This document shows, in pieces, positions 20,270 to 32,988 of a stretch of 64,000 nt of DNA. Below the pieces are notes generated by a model that did no database searches, was not told where the DNA came from, and worked only from the letters and a program-made list of their open reading frames with translations. The position numbers and the translations under genes were made by a program. Source of the stretch: Rebecca billardiae RCC1528 (lineage: Eukaryota; Protista; Haptophyta); NCBI GenBank assembly GCA_965240325.2, contig OZ251230.1, positions 372,001-436,000 of the forward strand, given 5' to 3'. Each line of letters starts with the position of its first letter. Position 1 is the first letter of the stretch.

Positions 20270-21709
20270 ATGGCCGCCTCCGTCGGCGTGAAGAAGCGGA
20301 CACGGCGCGCGGGCAACCGCGGCTCTGCGTTCGCGCGGCGCAGTGCGCGGTCGGCGCTCGCCTTGCTCCCGGACGATCTCCGCGCGGACATCGAGCCCGA
20401 GGCCGCCGAGACCGCCGCAGAGGACGAGCCGACGCCTGCGAGCTTGCTCGCAGACGAGCGCGAGCCGCCGCCGTTGAGCTCGGGCGCGCGCGTGTCGCTG
20501 GGCGGCGTGCGCGGCAAGGTGGTGCGCGTGAGCTCGAAAGACCCGTACAAGCTGCGCGTCCGCTTCCGTCACGGTGGCGGCAAGGCGTGGGTCCGTCGGC
20601 ACGAGCTCGACGACGCAGGCGCCGCCCCGCAGCTGGACGAGCGGCAGGTGGCCTCGGAGCGAGGCTCGGCGCTCCGCGTGCTCGTAGCGCTCGGTGTCTG
20701 CGAGGACGGCGCGTGTGGGGCTGGGCCGGACGCGGCATCCGTGAAACAGCCCGATGGCAACGCCGAGCCATCAGCAGAGCGCGTAGGGACGTCAGTCGAA
20801 GCCGAGCCCGCGCGCGAGCTGGTGGCGGCCGACGCGACGCCGGCAACGCCCGACGCGCGGCGGCGTGCAGTGCCGGCCGCACGCGATAGCGCTGGCAGCG
20901 GCTTCGTGCCGGCGGCACGGTACGACCCGAGCGCGGAGAACGCCTTTCACTTCGAGGTGGGCGCATCCCCGCCGGTGCCGGCGCCGACGCCGCAGCCCCC
21001 CGCCAAACCTGCCGCGGCGCGGCCGGTCGGCGCGCGCGCGCTCGAGCGCAAGCCCAAGGGTGAGACCCCACCGCCCGGCGGCCCAGGCGGCGCAGCGGCG
21101 GCCGAGACACGAGGCGCGGGTGCAGCGGCTGTCGGACCCGCTGAGGGCACGCAGGCGTCCGACGTGCCCGCCGCCGCCGCCCCGCTCAGCCTGCGCGCGC
21201 TCTTCACGCAGCCGGACCCGGGCTTCTCCGTTCTGGGAGACGTCCTTGGCGAGCAGTTGGCGACAGGCGGCGCTACAGGCGGCGCTGCCGAGCCGGGCGC
21301 GACGGAGCAAAGTGCGGCTGGGGCTTCGGCCGGTGCGCCCACCGCCATGGCGAGACTGGCCGGGCCGGCTGGCGAGCCCCTGCGCCTGGCTGAGCCTGGC
21401 TCAGCGCACGTGCCGGTGGCTGTCAGCACGGCGGCGGTGCCGCCGACGGCGGCCGTGCCGCTGCCATATTCTCCGCAGCCACTCACGCCGCGCCTCTTCA
21501 TGCGCACGCGGCCGGCCGCGGAGCTGGAGGCAGCGTGGCGCGAGCTGCGCGGGCGCGCCTTCCACAGCTTCCGCGCCAAGCACAAGACGGATCGGCGGCA
21601 GGCGGCGAAGCGCGAGCGGCGCTGGGCTGCCGGAGGAGCGCGCAAACGTGGCGGTGGCGGCGGAGGCGCTGGCAGGGCCTCTGGCCGGCCAAAGCCACAG
21701 GCCAGCTGA
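20270..21709 (+). CDS. Hypothetical low-complexity protein with basic termini (possibly nucleolar)
   Basis: Long ORF with coding-like codon use; small beta-barrel-like segment GARVSLGGVRGKVVRV...LRVRF; basic C-terminal FMRT...W...R...KHK helix. Function uncertain. Confidence 0.55.
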   Translation: MAASVGVKKRTRRAGNRGSAFARRSARSALALLPDDLRADIEPEAAETAAEDEPTPASLLADEREPPPLSSGARVSLGGVRGKVVRVSSKDPYKLRVRFRHGGGKAWVRRHELDDAGAAPQLDERQVASERGSALRVLVALGVCEDGACGAGPDAASVKQPDGNAEPSAERVGTSVEAEPARELVAADATPATPDARRRAVPAARDSAGSGFVPAARYDPSAENAFHFEVGASPPVPAPTPQPPAKPAAARPVGARALERKPKGETPPPGGPGGAAAAETRGAGAAAVGPAEGTQASDVPAAAAPLSLRALFTQPDPGFSVLGDVLGEQLATGGATGGAAEPGATEQSAAGASAGAPTAMARLAGPAGEPLRLAEPGSAHVPVAVSTAAVPPTAAVPLPYSPQPLTPRLFMRTRPAAELEAAWRELRGRAFHSFRAKHKTDRRQAAKRERRWAAGGARKRGGGGGGAGRASGRPKPQAS

Positions 21710-23927
21710 CGGCAGGCGCCGTCCAGGACCGGCTCACGTACGAGGCTGCGCGTGCGCAGCCTGGCCGCGGAGGCGGCCATCGACCGAGTGCGCATCGAGT
21801 GCTCATCATCAGCACTGCTAGGGTGACACAGCGGAACCGGCCCGGCCCTGCGCCCCGACCCGTAGGCCTCAGGCTCCTGCAATCGGACCCACGGCCAGGG
21901 CGGCCAGGCTGTTAGAGCCTTATATTATTATAATATATATATCATATATATTCATATTTATGATATATCATTTTATCGTCGTCATTTTATTCATCAGCTG
22001 AATCAGATGATATTCGAAATCGGAAATGGCACGGCACGCGGCATCATGCGGCGGCGGCATCTAATACGCCCGCGCTAAATTCCGTCATCTATCCGATGAA
22101 ATCAGTGAGTCTGTGATGAGTCTGACTCAGTGCCGCCCTTAAGTATACTGTTAACGCCGCCCACGGCTCAGCTAGTGCTGCTAATCGGCCGAGGCGTCTG
22201 CAGCGCTGCGTCACGGTCATGGCCGTCATGCTGATGCTCGGAGTAAGTCCACGTCGGACGGACTCTGAAAAGTCTGAGTCCGAGCCGGTGCCCCGCGGCC
22301 AGCTGACTCGCCCTCGCGGTCCGAATATTGGCGCGCTGCCACCGTGCTGTCTGTGCTCCGAGTATCGGCGGCGGGCGTAGTGAATCATTCCGAACTATAC
22401 CTGTGTAATAATGTCTATTCAGTATCAATCCTGCAGCTAAGCCTAAGACGACTTGGTTCGCTCGCAGGTCGGCTCGTCAACGTCGACTGTCACGGCGGAT
22501 GGATGGCTCAGATCACAGATGCGGCGGGCTCGCGGCGGCGCCGCCGCCGCGGCGCAGAATAGTTTAGTAGTAGCCAACGATCCCCCCGGCGGAACCCCCG
22601 GCTCCGCCGGCGTACGACTGGCGACTCACTACCAAGACTACAGCAGGCGCCGATCGCCGGCGGCCCGATCCGTTCACTGTTCGGCAGGAGGGATGACTCT
22701 CTGGCTGGCTCCAAGCCTGGCGGTAAGCAGCTGCGCACTCCCAGTAGTGCCGCCGACTGCCACACGTGATCTGAGTGAGGTTGTTCATCGATCAACTCGT
22801 GCGCCCTCGCGCCGCAGCGGCGAATTCTCCTGGGCCGCCGCTCGTGAGGCTCACGACTCTCAGGCTGGAGGGCGCGTGCGGCTTTGGGTGCGCACGTCGC
22901 GTGCTCAGCTAGATGGCCACCGAATTGACACCGGGCCCGCCGGACCCGGTGATTCGGCCGCGGACGGGCGCCTGCAGGACAGCATGAAGTACCCTCCCAC
23001 CCCGCGCGCCGTGCCCGCCGGCAGATTGGCCGTGCCTCGGACCAGCACGCACCCGCGCGCCGTGCCAATGGCCAGCTGTCGGGGTGACCCACGCGGCTCG
23101 AGCCGGCCCACGCGCGCGCGGTGCGCTCTGTGCAGTCAGCGCGTGGGTCAGGCGCGCGCCGGTGGCGTAACGGTAACTGATACTATACGTATGATAACGA
23201 GCGCGCCCTACGCCGCCTGTGTCCGCATGGATGCCGCCCATGCCGCCGGGGGGCGTAGACGGCACAGCGCCTGTACGCCCCGTTGTCGTTGCCGCCCTAG
23301 GGTGAGTGAAGCCCAAGTCGCGCCAAGTGAGCAACCGTGATCTATTTCGGTGCAAGGGTGGTGATGAACAGTTGGTCCGATGCGTGCTTCATAGATGAAC
23401 AGGCGGTTGCGAAGCTGTACACAGTTGACGACTTAAAGAATATCATAAGAGACGCACAGCTCAGGTGAAACTCGCCCACCCCGGTTGTTCGCAGCGTGAC
23501 GTGCACAGAAGGTCACGGCGACGGCTGCAAAGGTTACCCACGAACCGATTTATTCGGCCTTGATCATGGACTGATCATACGCTTGCGCTTGCCAACTTCA
23601 GCTCCCGCTTTCGTAACTGATGTAGGCTTCGTTAATAGTCATCGATGGGTTGTACTGTCCAACGGCCGAAACCTTACCCAAGGACTACTTTTGTGCCTCG
23701 TTAATACCCGTCTTGGGGGTATTAACGCGCCGTCAGATAGAGAGAACGCTTCATCAGAGCCCTATGCGCTCGGAGCTCCCGATGGTTCCCGCGAATGGTT
23801 CAACCTTCTCACACCACGAGCCGCCTCGAGCTCGACCGACCTGAGTACACCCACGTCCCGTCGCGAAACAAACCGCACGCTGCTCGATCTGCCCGAGCAC
23901 ACCGCAAACGCGCTACACGCGCTCACC

Positions 23928-26900
23928 ATGTTCGAAGCACTGAAAGCCGTGCTCTTCGGCGCGCGCAATGGGCCCAGCGCGCTGAAGGGCATCCTCCACT
24001 CGCACGAGCGGCCTCGCGGCACGGACAAGCACATCCGCTGGCGCCAGGTGCTCACCGCGCAGAACGACAAGGAAGCCGACGAGTTCAATCGCGAGATCGA
24101 GCGCGAAATGTTCGACAAGTGGTCGTCGCTCTACAAGCTGATCCATCTGCTGATGCTGATGTACGAGGAGCTGGCACTCCCCGTGCGCGTCGCCTACCCG
24201 GCGTGGGTCATCGCCGCACCCTTCTTCATCGCCATTGACGTAGTCACAGACGTGCGCGCGGCGAGCGCGCAGCGACGCCCGCGCCGCGGCGCGCGCGCCC
24301 ACGCCGCCGGCCGAGCCGCTCACGCCCCGCGTGCGCGCGCGCGCGCGCGCATGCCATGCGCGGCATGCCGGCCCGGCTTCGCGCGCCGCGCGCCAGATCT
24401 TCGAGATGATCTGGGTCTGGACGGAGTTGCGTGAGAACTACAAGTCGCAGCAGACGCGGCGCGCGGACGGCCACCACACCGTGCACTGGCGGTACACGGC
24501 GCGCTGGGTGCTCGTCGACGTGCTCTCGATCGTCGGCCTGTACGCCACGCGCGCCTACTTCATCCTGCGCGGCGACATGGACCCGTTCCGCCTCATCCAG
24601 CTCGTGCGCCTGCTGCGCGTGTACGACCTCACGATCGCGATGGAGGACATCAACCAGGACCTCTCGACCAACGTGACCTTCCTGAGCGTGTTCAAGTTCT
24701 CGCTCGTGCTCGTCTCCGTGCCGCACTGGGTCGGCTGCGTCTGGTGGCTGATCGCCGAGCAGGAGACCCACGACCATGGCCCGCTCGAGCTGCCCTCGTG
24801 GCCGGCGCAGCTGCACGCGATGGCGCGCACCGAGGAGTTCACGCCCGGCCTGACCGAGGGCATCGAGCGCTACCTGATGTCGTCCTTCATGGCGTGGGGC
24901 GGCGTCACCGCGATGGGATACGCGGGCGTGATGATCGCGAACGAGTACGAGGTCGTCATGGCCTGCCTGATCGCCGTCATCCAGATCGTGTTCTACGCCT
25001 TCGTGCTCGGTACCCTCTTCCACTACCTCGTGCGCACCGACGAGAACGTCGTGCACTTCAAGGCGCTGATCAAGACGCTCGACACGTTCATCGAGACGAA
25101 GAAGCTGCCCGACGAGCTCGCCGAGCTGATGCGCGACTACTTCGAGTACCGCCAGAAGAAGGCCGCCACGGGCGCCCTCCGCGTGATCGGCATGATGCCG
25201 CACGCGCTCCGCTTCCGTTACGCGTCGGAGCAGTACATGGGCCACTGCAAGGCGTCGTGGTGCTTCTTCGGCACGACCGAGCAGCTCCTCGGCGCGATCG
25301 CGATGGAGATCACCGAGCGGTTCGTGATGCCGCGCGAGCAGGTGCTCCTCCGCGGCGACGGCTCGCACGAGCTGCTGTGGTGCGTGCTCGGCGCGCTCAA
25401 CGTGATGAAGGGCGACGTGCACATCACGACGATCCGCTCCGACCTGGGCGAGGGGCAGCTCGTCGGCGAGACCGCCTTCTTCCTCACCGTGCCGCAGCCG
25501 TACACGGTCCGCGCGACGCCCGACTCGGACGTCAAGCTGCTCGTCTTCTCGCACGACTCCTACGAGGAGATCATCAAGACGTACCCCGAGCAGTCCGACC
25601 TGATCGTGCGCAACGTGCTGCGCAAGTTCGGCCTGAGCAAGAGCGGCGAGGAGCTCAACATGGAGTCGACGGGCGAGCTCGACGAGGACGAGGCGAAGGA
25701 GCTGGCCGAGATCAAGACGGCGATCCGGCTCGCGATCCTCGAGCGCAAGGTGAACGCGCTGCAGCAGATGTTCACGGCCGCGGTCACCGGCGACGTCGAG
25801 ACGATCCGCTCCGTCGTCGCGCGTGGCTTCGACATCAACGTCGGCGACTTTGACGGCCGCACCACGCTCCACCTCGCCGCGTCGTCCGGCCACACGGCGG
25901 TCGTGCAGACGCTGTGCTCGCTCGGCGCGAAGATCGACGCGCGCGACCGCTGGGAGGCCACGCCCATCGCCGACGCCGTCAGCGGCCGGCACACGGCCGT
26001 CGCGGAGGAGCTGCAGCGCTTTGGCGGCGTGCTCGAGATCGCGGAGGCGGCGGCGCGCATGCACGAGGCGGCGATCGCGGGCGACCTCAACTACATGACG
26101 CTGCTCGTCTCGCAGGGCATCCCGATCAACGTGGCCAACCACGACGGCGTGACGGCGCTCCACCTCGCGTCGGCGGTCGGCAACGTGCGCGTCGTGGACT
26201 ACCTGCTCACCAAGCTCGCCGACGTGAACGCGACGGACCGCTGGGGCATGACCGCCATCGACGACGCGATCGCCAACGAGCAGCGCATCGTGACGCAGCT
26301 GCTCGCGGTCAACATGGCGATCCCCGACCCGGAGCGGATGGCGAAGAAGATGCGCAAGGCGGCGAACGAGGGCGACGCGGAGAACCTGCAGTTCCTCGTC
26401 GAGGTGGGCGCGTCGCTCGAGGCGCTCGACTACGACAAGCGCACGCCGCTCCACCTCGTCGTCGCCTCGGGCTCGCTCGCCGCGACGCACTACCTCGTCG
26501 GCAAGGCGGCCAACGTGAACGCGATCGACCGCTGGGGCAACACGCCGCTCGTCGATGCGCTCAAGACCAACCTGGACGCCGCGGCGATCCTGGTGAAGCA
26601 CAACGACGCGACGCTGCCCAAGAGCTGCGAGCACGACCAGGTGCTGCAGGACCTGTACCAGCAGTGCATCAAGCTGCCCATGTACGAGATGATCCACAAG
26701 CTGCACGCGCTGCAGGAGGAGCGGCGGCAGCTGACGGTGACCAAGAACGCCAAGCGGCGCGAGGTCGGCCTCACGTTCAACGAGCTGAACGAGCAGATGC
26801 ACAAGCTGCAGAAGCTGCACGCCGCGCTGTACAAGTCCGTGATGCGGCACACCGACCACTGGATCTCGGCGTACGGCCTCGAGGAGGACGACGAGAGCGA

Positions 26901-29900
26901 GGCCGCCGATGACGAGGAGGAGGAGGAGGAGGAGCTCGACGGGCTTGGCAGCGTCAGCATCGCGCAGGCCAAGGCCGAGGCGAAGGCGGTCGCCGACGCG
27001 AAGGCGGAGGCGAAGGCGGAGGCGAAGGCGAAGGCGGCGGAGGCGGCGTCCGCCGCCGCGGCGATCATCGCCGGCGCCGCCGAGGCCGACGCGCCCTCCG
27101 AGGAGAACCTCCAGGCCAAGGAGTTCGTGCGGCTCATCCTGCGGCTGCCCAAGGCGGCGGCCGGGCTGCAGCGCATCAAGGCGGAGTACGAGGAGCTGGT
27201 CGGGCTGGCGGCCGCGACGACGAGCGACGAGCTGGCGCGGCGGCGCGCGGAGCACGCGGCCGTGAAGAAGCTGATCGTCTCGTACGGCATCTCCGAGTCC
27301 GAGGCGGCCGCCGCCACCGACGAGATCTACCGGGAGCTCAAGGGCATGCTGAACGAGGTGTCGCCCGTGCACCCGGACGTGTTCGAGGAGCTCGCGGAGA
27401 TCCCGGAGGGCCTGGCCGAGGTGGAGCCGCCGCCGGCGCACGAGGAGCCGGCGTTCCCGGGGCTGGGCACGAGCGCGAACGTCGCGCCCACGCCCGTCGT
27501 CGACGCCGCCGCCGTCGGCGCGCCCGCCGACGAGGAGTCCGCGCTGGCCGCGGCGCCGCCCGTGACGGCTCCGTCCAAGGTTCTGACCGACGGCGACGGG
27601 CAGTCGACGCTGCTCGACGGCACGCGCAACCCGCGCTCGGCCTCGGCGCTCGAGGCGAGCCGGCGGCCGTCGAAGCTCGACTCGGGCCAGCGCGCGTCGC
27701 TGCTGGAGCAGGCCCGCCGCCGCGCGTCGCTCGCCGGGCCGGTGCGCACGCTCTACCTCTCCGAGGTCGGCCACGTCGCGCTGTTCACCTCGCGCAAGTT
27801 TGTGGAGACGCTCGCGGCGCGGCACGCGCGCACGGTGCGCACGTCGATGACGACGGCGGAGCTGGCGAGCCACGAGGCGCAGCAGGATCTGGACGTGGAG
27901 GAGGCGGCGAAGGCGCAGCACGGCCGCCGCTCCCGCGGCCGCACCAGCGGCGGCATGTTCAGCTCGACCGGCAGCGTGAACTCGCCGCCGGGCACGCCGC
28001 CCGGCTCGCCGTCGCGCAACAACAGCCGGTGGCGGCGCAGCATGCAGACGGTGCCGGTGGCTTCGGAGGAGGCGAAGGAGTCGGCCGCGGAGGAGTCGGC
28101 GCAGGCGCAGGGCGAGGCGGAGAAGACGGCGCCCATCGGCTCCGTGCCCGAGGCCGCGTACCTCGTGAGCCGCATGTTCCGCATCTTCGACCGCAACCAT
28201 CGCGACGCGATCAAGCTGAGCGACGTGCGCATCGTGCAGTACGAGCTGGGCGAGATGGGCGGCCCGGAGATCAAGGCGCTGCTCGCGGCGCTGCGCGACG
28301 CGACGGGCGAGGTGGAGGCGCTGCGCTCGAAGGTGTACAAGGCGATGCTGCCCGAGGACCTGCCCGACGACGCCGACGCGCTCAACCACCCGGAGAAGCA
28401 GAAGACGACCACCGTCAAGTCGTTCTCGCGCGTGCACTTTGTGATCGGCGTGTCGCGCTGGATCCTGTCGAGCGCCGAGACGGAGGGCAAGGACGGCGAG
28501 GAGGAGGACGGGGAGCGCGACACCGACCAGTCCGACACCGCGGACGAGGCCGCCGCCGCCGCCGCCGCCACCAAGCTCACGCTCAAGCTGCGGTCGAGCG
28601 CGGACACGGGCAAGCGCGACCCCGCGGCGGGCAGCTTGCCGCTCAAGCTGAGCAAGTCGATGGCGGGGAAGAAGACCGAGCACACCGCGGAGGAGGGGCC
28701 GCGGTACGAGGATCTGCAGGACGCGCTCAAGTCGTGGGCCGCATACATCGCGCTCGCCGACCTCATCGACCAGCGCATCGACACGGACCGGCTGAAGGCG
28801 CACGAGCTCGCCGACCCCGAGGTGCTGCTCAACTTTGCATCGCACACGGTCACGCTGCGCGAGATGGGGCCGGAGACGGCGGAGCACCTGCGGCAGTGGT
28901 GCGAGCAGAAGCTGGAGATCAAGCTCGCGCCGCCGGGGCACGCCGCCGCCACCGCGAGCGCGAGTGCTGCCGCCGAGAGCGGCGTCGAGAAGTTTGCCGG
29001 CCAGGCGATGACGGCCGAGTATGAGGGCTACGCGTCGTGGATGACTGTCGCGGAGGAGCTGCGCGAGCAGGGCAACAAGCTGCGCATCGCGAGCATCGGC
29101 GTGGCCGAGCAGGGCGTGGCGCTCACGCCGTACGAGCGCGTGCGCAACCACCTCGTGCAGCGCAAGCAGCGGCTGCGCGAGATGGGCAACGGCGGCGAGG
29201 GCCGCGTCGAGATCCGGCCGTGGTACGTGCTCGACCACACGTCCAAGTTCTACGTCAACTTCCACCGCCTCTTCGTCGCGTGCGTGATGTACGACGCGAT
29301 GTTCGTGCCCATCATGCTCACCTTCCTCTCGGAGACGAGCCGGCTCGCCTGGATGCCCGTGCTCAACGGCACGATCGACGCGCTGTACTGGCTGCGCATC
29401 GTGACGATGTTCTGCACGTCGTTTGTGAACGAGAACTCTGTCACCATCGTCGACCCCAAGATGATCCGCTCGCGCTACCTGATGACGGACTGCATGCCCG
29501 ACCTGATCGCGGCGCTGCCGCAGGACGGGATCGCGCTGCTCTTCCACGAGCCGTTCGAGGTCGTGTACGGCCTGCGCCTGCTTCGCCTCCTCAATCTGCG
29601 CCACGCGTGGCGCATGCACAAGGCGTGGCTCGCGTCGCTCGGCGACGACGACATGAAGCTCTGGCTGTGGCACTACATCTCGGTGCTGCTGCTCGCCTCG
29701 CACTACATGGCGTGCTTCTGGAACCTGCTGTCGAGCTTGGACTTCAGCGAGCGCAGCTGGCTCGACGCGTACACCGAGGACGCCGCGGCCATCGGCAAGC
29801 ACATCGACTTCACCACCGTGCCGGCCGAGCAGGCGCTCTTCACGCGCTACCTGATCAACCTCTACTTCGTGATGAGCATGATCACCACGCTCGGGCTGAC

Positions 29901-32372
29901 GCAGGTGCCGATCAACTTCGGCGAGGTCGTCGTGTTCCTCGTCCTCATGCTGCTCAACCTCACCATCTGTGCGTGCCGACCGCGGCGCGCGCGCGCCGCG
30001 CCGCGCGCCGCGCGCGCTCGCGCTCACGCACGCCCGGTGCCCGCGCCCCGCCCGCGCCGCGCGCGCGGCGCAGACGCGTGGTGCGTCGGCCAGATCTCCA
30101 CGCTGGTGATGAACCAGGACGCGGAGCTGGTGGGCAAGCGCCAGCAGATCGAGACGGTGCAGCACTTCCTCAGGCACGCGATCATCTCGACCAAGCTCAA
30201 GGAGGACATCGAGTTCTTCTTCCGCGCGCACGTGACCGAGTCGTCCGGCTCGTCCGTGAAGGCGGAGGACATGTTCGCCGCGATGCCGGTGGCGCTGCAG
30301 ATCGACGTGTCGGTGTACATGTACCGCGCGATCGTGGGTCAGTGCACGCTGCTCGAGAACACCTCGAACGGCTTCCTCAACCGCCTCGCCGCCGTGCTCC
30401 GCGAGCGCGTGCTCGAGGAGGAGGCGTTCCTCTTCCGCGCGGGCGAGGCGAGCAAGGAGCTGTGCATCGTGTGGACGGGCTCGCTCGAGCTCACGAACGA
30501 GGCGGAGGTGGCGGACGCCGAGCCCGAGGCCGCAGGCAGCGCCGGGCCCGGCGACACGCTCGGCGAGGTGCCGTTCGTCTTTGGCATCCGCCATTTCCAG
30601 AGCGCGCGCGCCGCGGCCGGCATGGAGTCCAAGGTGATCGTTGTGCAGCGGCCGGACTACATCGAGCTGCTCAAGGCCTTCCCCGATGACCAGGACAACA
30701 TCATGGACAACGCGATCCGCCAGTATGACGGTGCGCGCCCGCACGCCGCGTGACCGCACGCCCGCCGTCCTCGCCACGCCCGTCCGCGCGAGCCGGCCGT
30801 CGGACGCGCCACGCGCGCGCGCGCGCGCGCTCACATGCGCGCGCCGCGCCACGCCGGGTGCCGCGCGGGATGCAGGCGCGATGACGGCTCGCTCGGGCCG
30901 CTCGAAGACGTCCGCGCACTCGAGCAAGTACTCCGCGGCCAGGTCGTCGACGACTAAGTCGTCGACGACGATGAGCAACTCGCTCGCCGACTCGTCCTCC
31001 GACGTCTCCTCCCACCTCGACAACGTGCGCATGATGATCAAGGACATCAAGCGCAAGCGCGAGGACCTGATGCTCACCAAGCTGTGCGCGGCGTGCGCGA
31101 ACGGCGAGCTGGACAAGGCGCGGCGCATCATCTCGGCGAGCGGCGTGAGCGTCAACCACGGCAACGTCAACGGCCGCCGCCCGCTGCACCTCGCCGCGTG
31201 CTTTGGCCACCGCGGCGTGATCCAGTTCCTGCTCGGCCACCGCGCGGACGTGAACGTGGCCGACCGGTACGGCGGCACGCCGCTCGAGGAGGCGCTGCGC
31301 GAGAAGCACATGGACGCTGCCAAGATGCTCGAGGCCAACGGCGCGAAGCGCCTGATGAAGGACCCGGTCGAGAAGCTGTGCGCGGCCGCGGGCAAGGCGG
31401 ACGGGCTCGAGACGCTGCGCTACATCCTGCGGTACGACACGGTGGGCGAGGTGACCTGCCGCGACGCGAACCGGCGCACGCCGCTGCACGTGGCCGCGGC
31501 GGAGGGCCACATCGACAACGTCAAGCTGCTGCTCGAGCTGCACGCCGACATCAACGCGGTCGACCGGTACGGCGTGACGCCGCTGCAGGACGCGGTGCAC
31601 GCCAAGCACGAGGACGTGTGCGAGCTGCTGCTCGCGCGCGACGCCAACCTCGGCGCCACGTTCGACAGCGCCGCGTACATGTGCACGGCGGGCGCGGAGG
31701 GCAACGTGGCGCAGCTCGAGCGGCTCGTCAAGTACCGGTGCAACGTCAACATCCAGGACCACCAGGGCCGGACGGCGCTGCACCTCGCCTCGGCGAACGG
31801 GCACGTGGGCGCGTGCCACTTCCTGCTCGACTGCGAGGGCATCGACCCGAACGTCGAGGACTTCTACGGCAACACCTCGCTCGACGACACGGAGCGCGAG
31901 GAGTCGAACGAGGTGCAGCTCACGCGCATGCTGCTCAACCTGCGCGGCGCCAAGAACGGCTCGCACGAGCGCGCGGTCCGCAACCTGTCCGAGCACGCGG
32001 CCAAGAAGCGTGCGGAGGACATGGCGACGGTCAAGCAGCGCGAGCAGCTGTGCGGCATCGCGGTCGTGCTGGTCAAGTGGGTGCGCGACCAGCGCAAGGC
32101 GGCGTACAAGTTCAAGAAGCGGCTGGACGAGATCACCCAGCTCGAGAACGAGGAGGGCCCCGACGCGGTCAAGCAGACCCAGGCGCGCTTCTGGGTCGAG
32201 GTCAAGAAGTACGCCGCGCGCAACACGCTGCGCATCGAGTACTTCAAGCACAACATCACGCAGGGCCTCGACACGACGGCGGAATCGGCCGACGATCTCG
32301 ACATCATCCCACTCAAGGAAATGCGCCACAGGGTGCGCGCACGGCGCCCGACTGCGCGAGCGGCCGCCCCCG

Positions 32373-32404
<32 letters not shown>

Positions 32405-32708
32405 TCCTGCCCCCGCGAGCGCGCGCGCACAGACAGGGCAGCCGGCCACCATGCCCGAGCGCGACACTCATCTGCGACCGCCCCGGTGCACCGCCCGCCC
32501 GTGTGTCCATCCACAGGCTGCTGACCTGGTCACGATGCAGGAGTCGGTGGCAGTGACATTCTCGCGGCTCGGCGAGGTCGACTTTTCGTCCGTCAAGAAG
32601 ACGGGCCTCTCGGCCGAGGAGATCATCATCCTCAAGTCGGGCATCTCGCCGGATGAGCTCGCGGCGATGGGCGCACACTCAGGATCTGATACTGACGCCA
32701 CTCACTGA
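23928..32708 (+). CDS. Tandem two-repeat cyclic-nucleotide-binding-domain ion channel with ankyrin repeats ([6TM-CNBD-ANK] x2), ~2733 aa
   Basis: Exons 23928-24251, 24397-29968, 30074-30730, 30876-32332, 32517-32708; all GT-AG and frame-consistent. S4 segments FRLIQLVRLLRV and LRLLRLLNLRH; CNBD motifs GQLVGETAFF and GDTLGEVPFV; many ankyrin repeats (DFDGRTTLHLAA, NRRTPLHVAA). Confidence 0.88.
32373..32403. repeat. Poly-C tract (31 nt) in last channel intron
   Basis: Uninterrupted C run. Confidence 0.9.
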
Positions 32709-32988
32709 CCGTCTGACGGTGCCGCTCAGTGAGCATCACAGCCCACTGAGGCCCGCCGTCACCCAGTGAGCCTGTTTGAGGCGCCGCCATGGCGGCCCAG
32801 CATGCGACGGGCCATCTGCCCGCCGATCTGCAACTCCGTGGTCGTGGAAGTGTACAGCTTGAGCCCGTACTAGTAGCCGTAGGTAAGTAGCTGCTACTTA
32901 GTCAACTCTCGCCTGCCTGAGCTGTGTCCGCTGGCGCTGTGACAGTCTGCTGTGTAGTGCGTCTCTTATTCTTAGTACTAACTGTAGC

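Noticed and set aside
23337-23560. Possible SAP-like fragment (KLYTVDDLKNIIRDAQL)
   Set aside because: Too short, would need a 30-nt intron, and has no supportable gene model.
24244-31395. 2383-aa minus-strand ORF and similar long Arg/Ala-rich overlapping ORFs across the window
   Set aside because: Expected from extreme GC3 bias making antisense frames stop-poor; no domains.
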